DNA of 64,000 nucleotides, from assembly GCA_003151625.1 (NCBI GenBank), contig PLYC01000013.1, positions 93,210 to 157,209 of the forward strand, in the 5' to 3' direction. Made by a program: the position numbers and the translations under genes. The notes beneath the pieces were generated by a model. That model had not been told where the DNA came from. It did no database searches and worked only from the letters and a program-made list of their open reading frames with translations. The DNA comes from Candidatus Doudnabacteria bacterium. GTDB taxonomy: Bacteria; Patescibacteriota; Doudnabacteria; UBA920. Positions 52,856-61,961 of this stretch are shown one piece after another (position 1 is the first letter of the stretch; every line of letters begins with the position of its first letter).

Positions 52856-53488
52856 ATGCAACCAGAAAATTTTTTGGAAAAAGAAAGGCAAGAAGTAAAT
52901 TTTCGTCATCCCGAAACGGTTGTGGAGATTGGAGCTACTGATAATATATTAGATGCCTACTATCTCAGGAATTGGTCAGACTTTGACAAAAATAAGGACG
53001 TTTACGTGGCATTAAATATTATAAATCATCAGGGTTCGTTAAATGGGATTAACTATCAGCTTTCTGATAAAAATATAAAAGGGGCTGCTATACAAGCTGA
53101 TGCTGCGAATATGCCTTTTGGAGATAAAAGTGTTGATAAGTTAGTATTAAATGACGTGCTAAATTCATTCAGATTGCCAAATGCTGACCCAGACATAGAA
53201 AAGCTATTTGTAAATGACGGTATCCATCCTACTTTTGCCGATTCTGATGAGATGTTGGCGGCTATGCGACAAATTTTTAATGATTGCAAAAGGATTGTGA
53301 AAGAAAATGGCGAAATTCTCATAGTTATGGACTTGCCGGATGCCAGTGACGGGATGGTCGATTATTTTATCGAAGGTTTAAAAACCTCGGAATCATATGA
53401 AATTATAAAACAACCAAAATTGAATATTGAACCAGACGGAAAACAAACTAACTCCGAAGTTATCACTATAAAATTTAAACTGCCCTAA
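52856..53488 (+). CDS. hypothetical protein (degenerate SAM-MTase-like)
   Basis: ADAANMPFGDKSVDKLVLNDVL resembles the MTase post-I motif, but no glycine-rich motif I. Confidence 0.35.
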   Translation: MQPENFLEKERQEVNFRHPETVVEIGATDNILDAYYLRNWSDFDKNKDVYVALNIINHQGSLNGINYQLSDKNIKGAAIQADAANMPFGDKSVDKLVLNDVLNSFRLPNADPDIEKLFVNDGIHPTFADSDEMLAAMRQIFNDCKRIVKENGEILIVMDLPDASDGMVDYFIEGLKTSESYEIIKQPKLNIEPDGKQTNSEVITIKFKLP

Positions 53489-53530
53489 GCCTAAGAGCGG
53501 GGTTTTTTTTATCAGCGTTAATTCAATATT

Positions 53531-53574
53531 TTAAATGGCACGATTTTAACGGCCGTTAAAATCGTGCCATTTAA
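53531..53574. repeat. 44-bp perfect palindrome with ttttaacgGCCgttaaaa core
   Basis: ttaaatggcacgattttaacggccgttaaaatcgtgccatttaa. Confidence 0.65.
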
Positions 53575-53607
53575 AATGAATCAATCATAGCAAATTAAAT
53601 TAAAAAG

Positions 53608-53649
53608 TGTGTAACCACTTTGGCGTGGCCACGCCAAAGTGGTTACACA
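53608..53649. repeat. 42-bp perfect palindrome (family member 3)
   Basis: tgtgtaaccactttggcgtggccacgccaaagtggttacaca. Confidence 0.7.
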
Positions 53650-53673
53650 GTAAAATAGTTCCAAACATCAAAA

Positions 53674-53703
53674 AGACTGCAGGTTAGGGCAGTCTTTTTT
53701 TAG
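53674..53703. terminator. bidirectional intrinsic terminator between convergent genes
   Basis: aaaa-agactgc-aggttagg-gcagtct-ttttttt. Confidence 0.6.
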
Positions 53704-53742
53704 CGATATATCAGCGTATTAATCAGCAATTTATCAGCGGTT

Positions 53743-53826
53743 CTATGCTTTTGTAATTTCTACTTCGATGTAAAATTGCCTTGCGCCGATTTTTCTTCCG
53801 CCTTCGCTAAAGCTTCGGCGGATTTT
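53743..53826 (-). pseudogene. start-less duplicated fragment of the rplU 3' end
   Basis: ...GGRKIGARQFYIEVEITKA* vs L21 C-terminus RRKIGARQAYTEIEIVKA*. Confidence 0.4.
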
Positions 53827-53845
53827 ATCGGTTTCTGATTATTTT

Positions 53846-54139
53846 CTAAGCCTTGACGATTTCGATTTCGGTATAGGCTTGCCGGGCTCCTATCTTACGG
53901 CGGTATTTGCTTTTGGCTTTATATTTTAGAACGTGGACTTTGGCTCCCCTGCCCTGCTTTATAACTTTGGCGGTCACTGCCGCGCCGGGGACATACGGCT
54001 TACCGACTTTGCCGTCCGCGTATAAAACTTTATCAAAAGTTAATGTGGCTCCGGCTTCGCCTTCGAGTTTTTCTACCTGGACTTTGTCGCCGGAAGAAAC
54101 CAAATATTGTTTTCCGCCTGATTCGAAAATTGATAGCAT
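53846..54139 (-). CDS. rplU: 50S ribosomal protein L21
   Basis: MLSIFESGGKQYLVSSGDKV. 97 aa. Confidence 0.9.
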   Translation of the reverse strand: MLSIFESGGKQYLVSSGDKVQVEKLEGEAGATLTFDKVLYADGKVGKPYVPGAAVTAKVIKQGRGAKVHVLKYKAKSKYRRKIGARQAYTEIEIVKA

Positions 54140-54169
54140 TAGATTAAAGATTTAGGATTAAAGATTTAG

Positions 54170-55297
54170 TTACTTGGATATTTTACCAGCTTTTTCGTTA
54201 TCCGTCAACTCCGCGTAATCAAACAAATCCGGGATGTGGGGATGTTTCCGCTTGTAGAGAATAACCACCATAATGGCCATAATCAGCATTACAAACACCA
54301 AAACTACCAGCGCTATCAATTTGCCCATACTTTGCAAAGATACCGCTACAGCGCCAAAAATCGCGGAAATTGCGTACAGCGCCAAGACAGCCTGGCGCTG
54401 GCTTAATCCAACATCCAAAAGCCTAAAGTGCAAATGTTGGCGGTCTCCGGCAAAAGGGCTTCGGTGGTAGAAAATTCTTCTGGCAATTGCCCAGGCAACG
54501 TCGAGAATTGGGATGCCCATAACCAACAACGCCGTGGCAATTTTGGCGCCTAAAATTATTGCCAGTACGCCGAGTATAAAGCCGATTAACGTGCTGCCCG
54601 ATTCGCCCAAAAAAATTGAAGCCGGATTAAAATTATAAAATAAAAATCCTAAAAGGCAGCCGGCAAAAATTATCGCGATGCTGGCTGTAATCGGCTGGTT
54701 AACTTTGGAGGTTAAGGATAGGGCGAACATTGTCAGCGAACCAATAAGGCCAATCCCCCCGCATAATCCGTCCAATCCGTCCAAAAGTTTGGTGGTAAAA
54801 ATCATTCCCATCATCCAGAGCCAGACCAAAATTACAGGTAATTGAAAATTGAAAATTGAAAATTGAAAATTGTGATTTATGTTAATTGGGGAGCCAAAAG
54901 GATTACTAATTTGGGTAATGCCAACGCCAATCCCCGACCAAACTATAATTAAAGACGCAATAGCCGGGAATAGCCACAGGATTTTTGGCGGCAGATTAAG
55001 TTTGTCGTCCAAAATTCCTCCGATAATTAAAGTTAACCCGCCAAAAATAATTCCCACAAAAAATTTGACCGGCACGATGCTATAATCCGGATTTCCAAAT
55101 TGCAGGTAAGCAGTAAGTGCGATTAAAAAACTTAAATAAACCGCCAAACCACCGAGCAGAGGCGTTGGTTTGGGATGATTTTTTCTAGGTTGGCTCGGCA
55201 AATCCAAAACACGCCAGCGCCTGGCAAAAATAATAATGGCCGGAGTGATTGCCGCAGAAAGGGCGGCGGATACCAAAAAGAAAATTAGATATGTCAT
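54170..55297 (-). CDS. polyprenyl-phosphate sugar-1-phosphate transferase (MraY/WecA, GT4 family)
   Basis: Polytopic. Contains a 7-bp tandem repeat. 4-nt overlap with the next gene. Confidence 0.7.
   Translation of the reverse strand: MTYLIFFLVSAALSAAITPAIIIFARRWRVLDLPSQPRKNHPKPTPLLGGLAVYLSFLIALTAYLQFGNPDYSIVPVKFFVGIIFGGLTLIIGGILDDKLNLPPKILWLFPAIASLIIVWSGIGVGITQISNPFGSPININHNFQFSIFNFQLPVILVWLWMMGMIFTTKLLDGLDGLCGGIGLIGSLTMFALSLTSKVNQPITASIAIIFAGCLLGFLFYNFNPASIFLGESGSTLIGFILGVLAIILGAKIATALLVMGIPILDVAWAIARRIFYHRSPFAGDRQHLHFRLLDVGLSQRQAVLALYAISAIFGAVAVSLQSMGKLIALVVLVFVMLIMAIMVVILYKRKHPHIPDLFDYAELTDNEKAGKISK
54840..54872. repeat. 7-bp tandem repeat (aattgaa) x4.7 inside the coding sequence
   Basis: aattgaaaattgaaaattgaaaattgaaaattg encodes NFQFSIFNFQL on the minus strand. 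Confidence 0.8.
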
Positions 55298-57576
55298 TGT
55301 TTTAATTTACGTCCGATTTTAAATTGCCAATAAAATAATATCAGCCACGCTAACAGCGCAAAAAAAGACAGTTTCCAGCCTAAACCGTATGCGTAATTCT
55401 TGGGATGATAAGCAATTGTGGAGGAATCTTGTCCGGCTAAAATTGGCAGAGCCCGCAGTCCCATTACATTTGAAACCGGAATTAGCTGGTTGCCAATCTC
55501 TTCAAACCAGCCTGGGTAAAAGTTGTCGGTGGTTATCAAATAGCCTTGCGTCCCGTTATTATAGCCAATTTTTTCTGTACCGTCTTCCAAAACGGAAAAA
55601 GAAGCGACCGGAGAAACCAAATCCAAATTTTTGCCTGTTTGCAAATCGGCAAGCTTATTCGCTAAATCATTAAGATTCGAAGCATTTATGGTGAATGCCC
55701 TAGGCAAAGGGTTGCTTAATTTTAATACGGTATAATTATTATCATTAAAGGCCACGCTGGTATCGCCGGGATGGGATTGCAGAAAGTCCAACCCCTTTTG
55801 ATTTGGAAATAACAAATACCCAACGCTTAAAAAACGCAACGCATTTAAATTGGGGTCGCTAAAAGTATATTCGGGGGAATAGTTGTAATTACCCACGGCT
55901 GCTTTGAGTTGTTTATTGCTGGTTAAATAAATTGTGTCATGGTCGTTGAGTTCGTTAATGTGGTACCAGGTGCCGATGTTAGGGAGCAATACATCGCCAA
56001 AAGTAAAGACACGGTAAAAATTTTGGGTATACTGTGTTTGCAAATAATTCAAAGCAGGCTCGTTTGGGTAAAAGTCCGTTGGCCTGGAAGTTTTCATAAA
56101 AATCATCCCGTGGAAAGCCGTCTCAAACGAAACTAAAATAAACAAAAACGCCAAAGCACTTTTTTTTGGCAAATACTTAAAAATAAAATAGGCAATAAGT
56201 AAATTTACAAAAAATACCGTAATCAATACGTCTTGCCATAGGCTAACCGTGTGCCAGTCTAAATTATGGGCGAACTGCCATCCGTGCGTGATCAACCGAT
56301 TTGCAATAATCAGAACAATCGAAAAAATCGTAAATCCCGCAAACGTCCGGTTTAGAAGCTTACGGCTGATTTTGCCATTAATTAAATTATCCAAACCAAA
56401 GGCCGCGAGCACAGAGCCGCAAAATGCCCATATGTATAAAAGTCGATTGTTATAATTTAGGTTAAAGCCCGGAAGTTTATTTATCAGAAAATAAATAAAC
56501 GGCGCGTGATAAACCAAAGCGAGGCAAAATAGTGTCGCAACTGCGAAAAACCATACGTGTTTTTTTACCTGTCTTTTAAAGGACATCAAGGATAAAATGA
56601 GCCCGCTGATGCCAATGTAGCCAAGCGCCAGTTCACCATAATTTGGCACGAGCAAATAACTGAAGTTTTTGACGCCGGTGTTGCCGTAAAAATCCGGAAT
56701 AATATTCGCCAAAAAAAGTAGTGGTTGTAAATAAAAGGGATTTTCGGTAAAGCCCGAGCGGTAATTTAAGTTGGCGCTTAATTTTAAATATTCCAAAAAT
56801 GGTAATACGGCCATTGCGGAGATAATCAGTCCGAGAAAAAATATGCAGGTAATTAACACAAGGCTAGAGACCCCCTTTTTAAAACTCAAACCGGAAAAAA
56901 ATGATTTAAAAATCGCGTAACCGTAAATTACAAAAAAGATGTAAAAAAAAGTCTGCGGATGTCCGGCTAACAGGCCTAAAGCCGTAACCGGAGCCAGCCA
57001 AAGGACGGTTTTGGCATTATTAGCATTAAAATGCCTTTCAATAATAAAAAGAGATAATGGCAAAATTAAAATAACCGACGTAAGCGGCCATAAAAACCAT
57101 ATTACATTGGCGTTGCAAAATGCAAATAAGATTGCCCCGAGCAAACAGGAATAAATATTTAGCTTCAGCTCTCGCAAGTAAAAATACGTAAACAAACCCA
57201 TTAAAAACAATTTTAAAAAAGCGTAGGCGGCTAATGCTGCCCGAATGTTTAAAAAATAAAAAAGCCAAGTTAGCGGAAAAAATATTGCCGACTGCATATT
57301 CGCTAAAAGCGGCAAGCCGTTTCCGGAAAAAACATTCCAAAATGGAATATGGCCGGTTCGGATAATTTCCCCGGATAATTTCCACCACGGCAGCATTTGG
57401 GTAGTAATGTCTAAATAAGGGGCAACATAGTGGGTTGTATCTACAGGCGCCAATAATCGTCCCTGAAAAAATGACGGGGAAATAAAAAGGAGAACCAAAA
57501 AGCCCAGCACCATCATGGCTGCCAAGTTTGGCCGTGAATTAATAAGTTTTTTAGTCTTAAAAAAAATTTTATTCAT
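55294..57576 (-). CDS. large polytopic membrane protein (YfhO-like)
   Basis: ~14 TM + large extracytoplasmic C-terminal domain. 760 aa. Confidence 0.45.
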   Translation of the reverse strand: MNKIFFKTKKLINSRPNLAAMMVLGFLVLLFISPSFFQGRLLAPVDTTHYVAPYLDITTQMLPWWKLSGEIIRTGHIPFWNVFSGNGLPLLANMQSAIFFPLTWLFYFLNIRAALAAYAFLKLFLMGLFTYFYLRELKLNIYSCLLGAILFAFCNANVIWFLWPLTSVILILPLSLFIIERHFNANNAKTVLWLAPVTALGLLAGHPQTFFYIFFVIYGYAIFKSFFSGLSFKKGVSSLVLITCIFFLGLIISAMAVLPFLEYLKLSANLNYRSGFTENPFYLQPLLFLANIIPDFYGNTGVKNFSYLLVPNYGELALGYIGISGLILSLMSFKRQVKKHVWFFAVATLFCLALVYHAPFIYFLINKLPGFNLNYNNRLLYIWAFCGSVLAAFGLDNLINGKISRKLLNRTFAGFTIFSIVLIIANRLITHGWQFAHNLDWHTVSLWQDVLITVFFVNLLIAYFIFKYLPKKSALAFLFILVSFETAFHGMIFMKTSRPTDFYPNEPALNYLQTQYTQNFYRVFTFGDVLLPNIGTWYHINELNDHDTIYLTSNKQLKAAVGNYNYSPEYTFSDPNLNALRFLSVGYLLFPNQKGLDFLQSHPGDTSVAFNDNNYTVLKLSNPLPRAFTINASNLNDLANKLADLQTGKNLDLVSPVASFSVLEDGTEKIGYNNGTQGYLITTDNFYPGWFEEIGNQLIPVSNVMGLRALPILAGQDSSTIAYHPKNYAYGLGWKLSFFALLAWLILFYWQFKIGRKLKQ

Positions 57577-57694
57577 GTAAACTTATTAGCGACGTAGAGC
57601 GAGTGAAAGTTATCCGCCTGAGGCGGATAACTTTCCGAGCCCAAGGAGTCTTAATACAGGTTCAATACCTCGGAGTTCTACGAAGAGCGAACCT

Positions 57695-59356
57695 TTATTT
57701 GTTAGAATTAGTTTGCATTTCTTTCATGGAAAGCCCGGTGTTCTCCCCTTTGCGGGCTTTGGGCGTTACCCAAAATTCAAGATACTGCCCAAACATTAAA
57801 CGGGTTTGGGCTTCCACGGCGGGCAAGCTGCCAAAAATTACCGAAACTATTGGCACGAAAATCCACTGCACGTACATCATTGCCGACCGCCAAATGCTGT
57901 ATTTTTTCGGCCGCGGCGGCAATAAAACCATATTTATGTAAACACTAAAAATTAAAAATACCAGGGCTATATTTAATAGAATGACTGTTATTTTTGGCAG
58001 ATTGTATCCCACTACGCTTTGGTTAAAAGCGTCACCACCTAAATAAAGCGGCAAACGGCCCAACAGAGTAATAAGAATACTGGCTGTGGCCCAGTTAAAA
58101 TTCCCTTCCGCGTACTGGTAAAGCTTATACATTCTATCCCAAAACGGTGCTTTGGATTTTAAAAGCGCGGGGACCAAATGCGGATAATATTCGACATTGT
58201 AAGCCCAGCGGCGCTTTTGTTTATATTGATTTATTAAAGTTTGCCAGGTACTTGGAGCTAAGCAGGTATCCAGGGAAATGGGCACGAAAAGAGGAACAAC
58301 CTGGTAATCCCCGTTATAATGCAAATAGCATTGCCAATAAATATATCCGTCTTCATTAACAATATCTTTTTTCCAAAAACCTACCTCTATTAGAGCCCGC
58401 AATGTCATGGTGTGGGAAGAAAAAGTCCGCAGGCGGTCGGGCCGACTGCTCTCCGTAAATTGCCAAAAAGAGTTGGAAACCGAAACTACTCGGATTATTG
58501 CAGGACTGTCCCAAATGTTATTGTTGTAAATTGCCACCGGCTGATAGCTTTTTTGGTAAGGTTTGTCGGCGGTTAAAAATTCATACATAACCCGGGCAAA
58601 GTACTGGGGATGGATAATTGTGTCGGAGTCAAAATTGGAAATTAAAACCTGGTCGGTGTTAATTCCCAAATTTTTTAATTCCGGCAAAATTGACTGCACG
58701 GCATAACTGGCATTGGCGCTCTTACCTTTAATCTCGCCAAAAAGCCCGTCGGGGTGGATTGAAACAAAGAATTTAAAAAAATGTTCCTGGTACTTTTGTT
58801 TAATTTGCGCGGCCACTTCCTGGCCTTTAATGCCCGCACGGACTTCACCGGCCAACAGCATTATCATTTTGTCCTTAGGATAGTGGCTCGCGACCAGGGC
58901 TTCGAAAGTTGAATTTAGAACTTCAAAACTTTCGTCAATAAAAGGAATTAAAATTACCTGATAGTAGTTTAAGTAATCGCCGCCCTTTTTGCTTTGGCTA
59001 ATTGCCACTTTTAATCTTTTTACTTCATTTCTAAAAAAAACTTTTGCTTGTGAAGTTTGTGCTGCGTGGCCTTGTGTTGCTAGAAATTCCGTAAAGCTTC
59101 CAAAATTATTAAGCCTTTTTATGTAATCGTGCCAGTCTATAGTGACTATAAATTTAAATTTCCAATAACTGGTGAGTAAATGAGCGGCCACGTTAATGGC
59201 TTTTAAAACCCAGTATAAATCAAAACAAATTATAAAGAGTGCCGCCCATACCGGCTGGTAGTAAGAAAGTAAAATCGAGCCAAAAAAAACCGCCCAGAAC
59301 TGCAGTCCCGGTATTGTTTCCCAAAGTCTTTCTTGAAACGTCCTTTTTCTAAACAT
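57695..59356 (-). CDS. membrane glycosyltransferase family 2 (processive, QxxRW-like)
   Basis: NFDSDT (DxD) and QKRRW motifs. N- and C-terminal TM segments. Confidence 0.6.
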   Translation of the reverse strand: MFRKRTFQERLWETIPGLQFWAVFFGSILLSYYQPVWAALFIICFDLYWVLKAINVAAHLLTSYWKFKFIVTIDWHDYIKRLNNFGSFTEFLATQGHAAQTSQAKVFFRNEVKRLKVAISQSKKGGDYLNYYQVILIPFIDESFEVLNSTFEALVASHYPKDKMIMLLAGEVRAGIKGQEVAAQIKQKYQEHFFKFFVSIHPDGLFGEIKGKSANASYAVQSILPELKNLGINTDQVLISNFDSDTIIHPQYFARVMYEFLTADKPYQKSYQPVAIYNNNIWDSPAIIRVVSVSNSFWQFTESSRPDRLRTFSSHTMTLRALIEVGFWKKDIVNEDGYIYWQCYLHYNGDYQVVPLFVPISLDTCLAPSTWQTLINQYKQKRRWAYNVEYYPHLVPALLKSKAPFWDRMYKLYQYAEGNFNWATASILITLLGRLPLYLGGDAFNQSVVGYNLPKITVILLNIALVFLIFSVYINMVLLPPRPKKYSIWRSAMMYVQWIFVPIVSVIFGSLPAVEAQTRLMFGQYLEFWVTPKARKGENTGLSMKEMQTNSNK

Positions 59357-59599
59357 AAGAAATAAATCGAATCTGCGAATAAGACCCGCCTGCCTTTGCC
59401 TGTCATTTAAGTTTAGATGATTGTTGACAGTTAATTAAAATACCAATACTCATCAAACTAACTACTAAAGGCTATGGCGGGCAGGCGAATCAACGAATGA
59501 CTACGAAGTGGTGCAATCCGTATATTTGTTGTTATTCGTAGATTCGCCCGCCTCGCGTCGACGCGAGTCGAGGCGGGTTCCATTCGTTGATTCGATTTA

Positions 59600-59956
59600 T
59601 TAATTAACTTTTGCCAAAAACAAAACAGCGGCAAGTAAAATTAATTGCGCGCAAATACTGATAAAAACAGTAAGCAGCGACAGAAAGAATTTATTATCCT
59701 TTAGCGCTTTATAAAGGACGTAATTTACAGCCGATACTGCCAGGCCGATCCCGGGAATAAAATATAAATTTTTTCCCTTGCCATACCACTGCACCCCGAC
59801 CAAAACATTATAGTGCAAAGCCAGGGTCTTATTCCCAGGGTGAATTTTGAAATAAATGAATAAAAATGTTATAATGTTAAAAATTAGACAAAGAGCCCAC
59901 AGAAACCAAACGTTCGATAACCAAAATCTGACTTTTTCCGTCCAAGTAAGCGACAT
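59600..59956 (-). CDS. small 4-TM membrane protein
   Basis: 118 aa, hydrophobic. Confidence 0.4.
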   Translation of the reverse strand: MSLTWTEKVRFWLSNVWFLWALCLIFNIITFLFIYFKIHPGNKTLALHYNVLVGVQWYGKGKNLYFIPGIGLAVSAVNYVLYKALKDNKFFLSLLTVFISICAQLILLAAVLFLAKVN

Positions 59957-60086
59957 TTAGTTTGATATGTTTAATTTTTCGTTACCTGCTCAAGTATAGC
60001 AAAATAATAGGGTTATTTCCATCCCCAAACAGTTTTTAAAAATTTCGAATATCGCGAAAAATATCTTAATTAAGGCAAAAAACCAA

Positions 60087-61877
60087 ATGAGTCAAAAGCA
60101 AAAGGCGGGTTTTATTGTAATAATCTTTTTAGCAATATTTTTCAGATTTTATCAAATTGCCAAAATGCCCGGCGGGCTGTTCCCGGACATGGCGGCCAAC
60201 GGCCTGGATATTAATTTAATGCAACAAGGTCGCCTCCAGCCTTTTTACGAAAGGGGCAACGGGCGGGAGGCTTTGTTTTTTTACATGGAATGGGCTTCGG
60301 TCGCGCTTTTTGGCAAAGGAGTCTGGCAATTTAGCATTGTCTCCGCACTGTTTGGCGTTCTGGCTGTTATGATGTGTTATTTTGTCTGCTACAGATTATT
60401 TTTAATGGGTGAGAATCGCGATGATCCTCTGGTCAAGAAAAGGTCGGTTAATATTTCTTTGCTGGCGATGTTTTTAATGGCCGTTTCTTCCTGGCACGTT
60501 GTTTTATCACGAACCGCCTTTAGGGCAACTTTAATCCCATTTTTTTCCGCTTTAACAATATATTTTTTGCTTCGTGCTTATCAGGCCGGTTCTGTAAAAG
60601 CTAAATTAGCCCATTCTTTTTTATTTGGAGCAAGCTTTGCCTTGGGTTTTTATACTTATATTGCTTTCCGTATTATGGCTCCAATTTTGGTCGCGGCGGT
60701 GGCTTGGCCGTGGCTTGGCACGATAAAAATTAGCGAGTTTAAACTAACTGCTAAAAAATATTTTTTGCCTGTAATTGTATCGTTAGTGGCTTTTATAATT
60801 TTCTTTTTCCCATTGGGAAAATATTTTTACGACCACCCTGGCTCTTTTGTCGGCCGCGCCGGGCAAGTCAGTATTTTTAACCAAACTTTGTACACAATTA
60901 ACGGGGTTCAGCTTACTTCCAAGCCTCCCTTAGTGGATGTTATCGCTGTTGCAGTGGAAGTTTTTAAAACGCAATTTTTGGGATTTTTTACCCAGGGCGA
61001 TTTAAACTGGCGGCAAAATATTTCGGGCTATCCGTTTCTGTCGCCATTAGTTAGCCCGTTTTTTGCTGGTGGGCTGGCAGTTATTGTTTTCGTGGGAATT
61101 TGGTACTTTTTTGCCCCGAATAAGCGTTCTTACTGGTGGAAATACTACCTGCTTACAGGTTGGTTCTTTGGCATGCTTTTGCCTGTTATTACCACAGCTG
61201 AAGGCATCCCTCACGGGCTCAGGGGCATCGGGGTTATCCCAGTAGTATTTATAATTTCCGCCTGGGCTATTTATTCATTCGCTCAAATTATTTTGAAACT
61301 TCACAAGAGACTTTGGGAAAGGGTTTTGTACCACTTCAAAGACCCGCAATGGATAAGAGATAATCATTTTACGCCCCTTCGTATGAGGGTGGTAAATTTT
61401 GGGCTTAAGCTCGTCGCGGTTTGTTTTTGTCTGGCGTTAATTTTGCAAACCTACTTTTTGTATTTTGTAAACGCGGCCAATGACCCCGCGAACTTTTATT
61501 ATTTCCGCTCCGACCTAACACCTGTTAGCCAATATCTTATTGATAGTTGTAATCAATCCGTGGGCGCCGGCCTTGGTTCAACTGCGGCGCATACGTATTT
61601 AGTTTTGGACAAATACTCCGTGCAAACAACGGACTATTTAACCAGCAACCGGTATGGAAACTTCAGTGACCCCTGCAATGTCCCCTACCAGCAGATTGAT
61701 CCGGAAAACTCCTGGCAGCTCACCGATTTAACCTCGCAAGACCAAATTGTCTTTACTCAAAGCAGTATGTTCGACACTAAAAAATTTAAGCAATACCATT
61801 CCGACGAACATTTAATTTTAGAATACCGCAACCAATTTAACCAAAGCGTGATGGCGGTATATAAGATAAATAAATAA
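60087..61877 (+). CDS. ArnT/PMT-like (GT39/GT83) glycosyltransferase
   Basis: N-terminal IFFRFYQIAKMPGGLFPDMAANGLD. ~12 TM. Confidence 0.7.
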   Translation: MSQKQKAGFIVIIFLAIFFRFYQIAKMPGGLFPDMAANGLDINLMQQGRLQPFYERGNGREALFFYMEWASVALFGKGVWQFSIVSALFGVLAVMMCYFVCYRLFLMGENRDDPLVKKRSVNISLLAMFLMAVSSWHVVLSRTAFRATLIPFFSALTIYFLLRAYQAGSVKAKLAHSFLFGASFALGFYTYIAFRIMAPILVAAVAWPWLGTIKISEFKLTAKKYFLPVIVSLVAFIIFFFPLGKYFYDHPGSFVGRAGQVSIFNQTLYTINGVQLTSKPPLVDVIAVAVEVFKTQFLGFFTQGDLNWRQNISGYPFLSPLVSPFFAGGLAVIVFVGIWYFFAPNKRSYWWKYYLLTGWFFGMLLPVITTAEGIPHGLRGIGVIPVVFIISAWAIYSFAQIILKLHKRLWERVLYHFKDPQWIRDNHFTPLRMRVVNFGLKLVAVCFCLALILQTYFLYFVNAANDPANFYYFRSDLTPVSQYLIDSCNQSVGAGLGSTAAHTYLVLDKYSVQTTDYLTSNRYGNFSDPCNVPYQQIDPENSWQLTDLTSQDQIVFTQSSMFDTKKFKQYHSDEHLILEYRNQFNQSVMAVYKINK

Positions 61878-61961
61878 TTTTTTGTTTCAAGTTTAGTGTA
61901 ATAAAGCTTATGGCCATATATTCTATTACACTAAATAAAATCGGGATTTTCTTTTAAAGTT

